DNA of 63,978 nucleotides, counting the filler, from Reticulomyxa filosa (taxonomy: Eukaryota; Protista; Foraminifera), in NCBI GenBank assembly GCA_000512085.1. It is 25 parts of 25 records of this genome, joined end to end, with 100 filler letters (N's around TTAATTAATTAA, not from the genome) between each part and the next. Parts side by side here need not be neighbours in the genome. Positions count along the whole stretch, not along the records: positions 62,897 to 63,978 come from ASPP01001379.1; 24 more parts are not named here. One strand, 5' to 3'. Shown piece by piece: positions 63,346-63,978 of the stretch. The notes below the pieces were generated by a model, which saw nothing but the letters and a program-made list of their open reading frames with translations, was not told the DNA's origin and did not search any database. Made by a program: the position numbers and the translations under genes. Each line of letters begins with the position of its first letter. The stretch's first letter is position 1.

Positions 63346-63978
63346 TTTACTTTTGTCAAATAAGAAATGAACGTGTTTTTTTGAAAATTTTGAGTAAAAT
63401 GAAAGTAAGTTGATTTTAAACTTGTTTGATTTGATTGAATGCAAGCATTGAAAGATATGTTTAATCTTACTTTGTTTAAAAAAATTGAAAAAGTTGCATT
63501 CAATGTTTTTTAAAGAATTTAAAGCATAATAAATGAAAATTGTATTCAAATATCAAAATAAATTGCAAGATATTTCAAGTACAGTGTTTTTTCATTGTAA
63601 ATCACTACTAATTTTTTTAGATTGTTTTTTATGTCTATTTACTGTGTTTTTGGTGAAGCAAGATATGACCTTTACCACTTGTGCATGTAAAATAACAAAA
63701 ATATTATTTTGAACAATAATTTGAGAAACAAAACAAGTTCAATCTGGTGAATAATTGATGGTCCTTGATATAATTACATTCAATACAATGATTGAATGAT
63801 GTACAAAAGAGAAAATTTCAGCACTGCGACAAATATTACTGTGAATAATATTGCTGTTGTGATTAATCAATTTGACTTAACTGGATAAATAAGAAGAATG
63901 TTTAACTGATTTACGCACAAATGATTATTATTACAGTAAAATTTGAATCATTCGGCATACAAAGGAAATAAACTGGAA

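Noticed and set aside
1058-63549. Many 60-130 aa ORFs rich in F/K/I/Y, or antisense to real genes
   Set aside because: These are shadow ORFs or translations of poly-T/poly-A/TA intron tracts, often with non-ATG starts.

Overview
This is not one continuous locus. It is a concatenation of 25 short contigs from an AT-rich, intron-containing eukaryote, joined by 24 artificial 100-bp spacers (44 N + TTAATTAATTAA + 44 N), so neighbourhood across spacers is meaningless. Gene style (short A/T-run introns, characteristic NACHT and WD40 families, many pseudogene-like stretches) suggests a foraminiferan such as Reticulomyxa filosa; this is inference only. Recognisable genes, mostly partial: pentameric ligand-gated ion channel-like protein, importin-4, MAPK, DUF3754/TMEM143, a GPS-containing polycystin-1-like protein, importin beta-1, XPC/Rad4, a 2OG-Fe(II) oxygenase, a NACHT NTPase, POLD2, DHX37, an RNF213-like protein, MCM9, GH76, SAM, Skp1-like and WD40 proteins, plus a decayed LINE. 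The most unusual signal is non-coding: a ~600-700 bp repeat present three times (an inverted pair at 2182-2832/3844-4575 and a third copy at ~41725-42347 on another contig). It conserves short hairpins with wobble/compensatory changes favouring one strand, and both loci share part of a decayed internal sequence, pointing to an unclassified long-inverted-repeat mobile element with a structured RNA/ssDNA module. Also notable is an RNF213-type RZ finger whose putative catalytic Cys is replaced by Arg. All assignments come from by-eye motif recognition; no searches were run.
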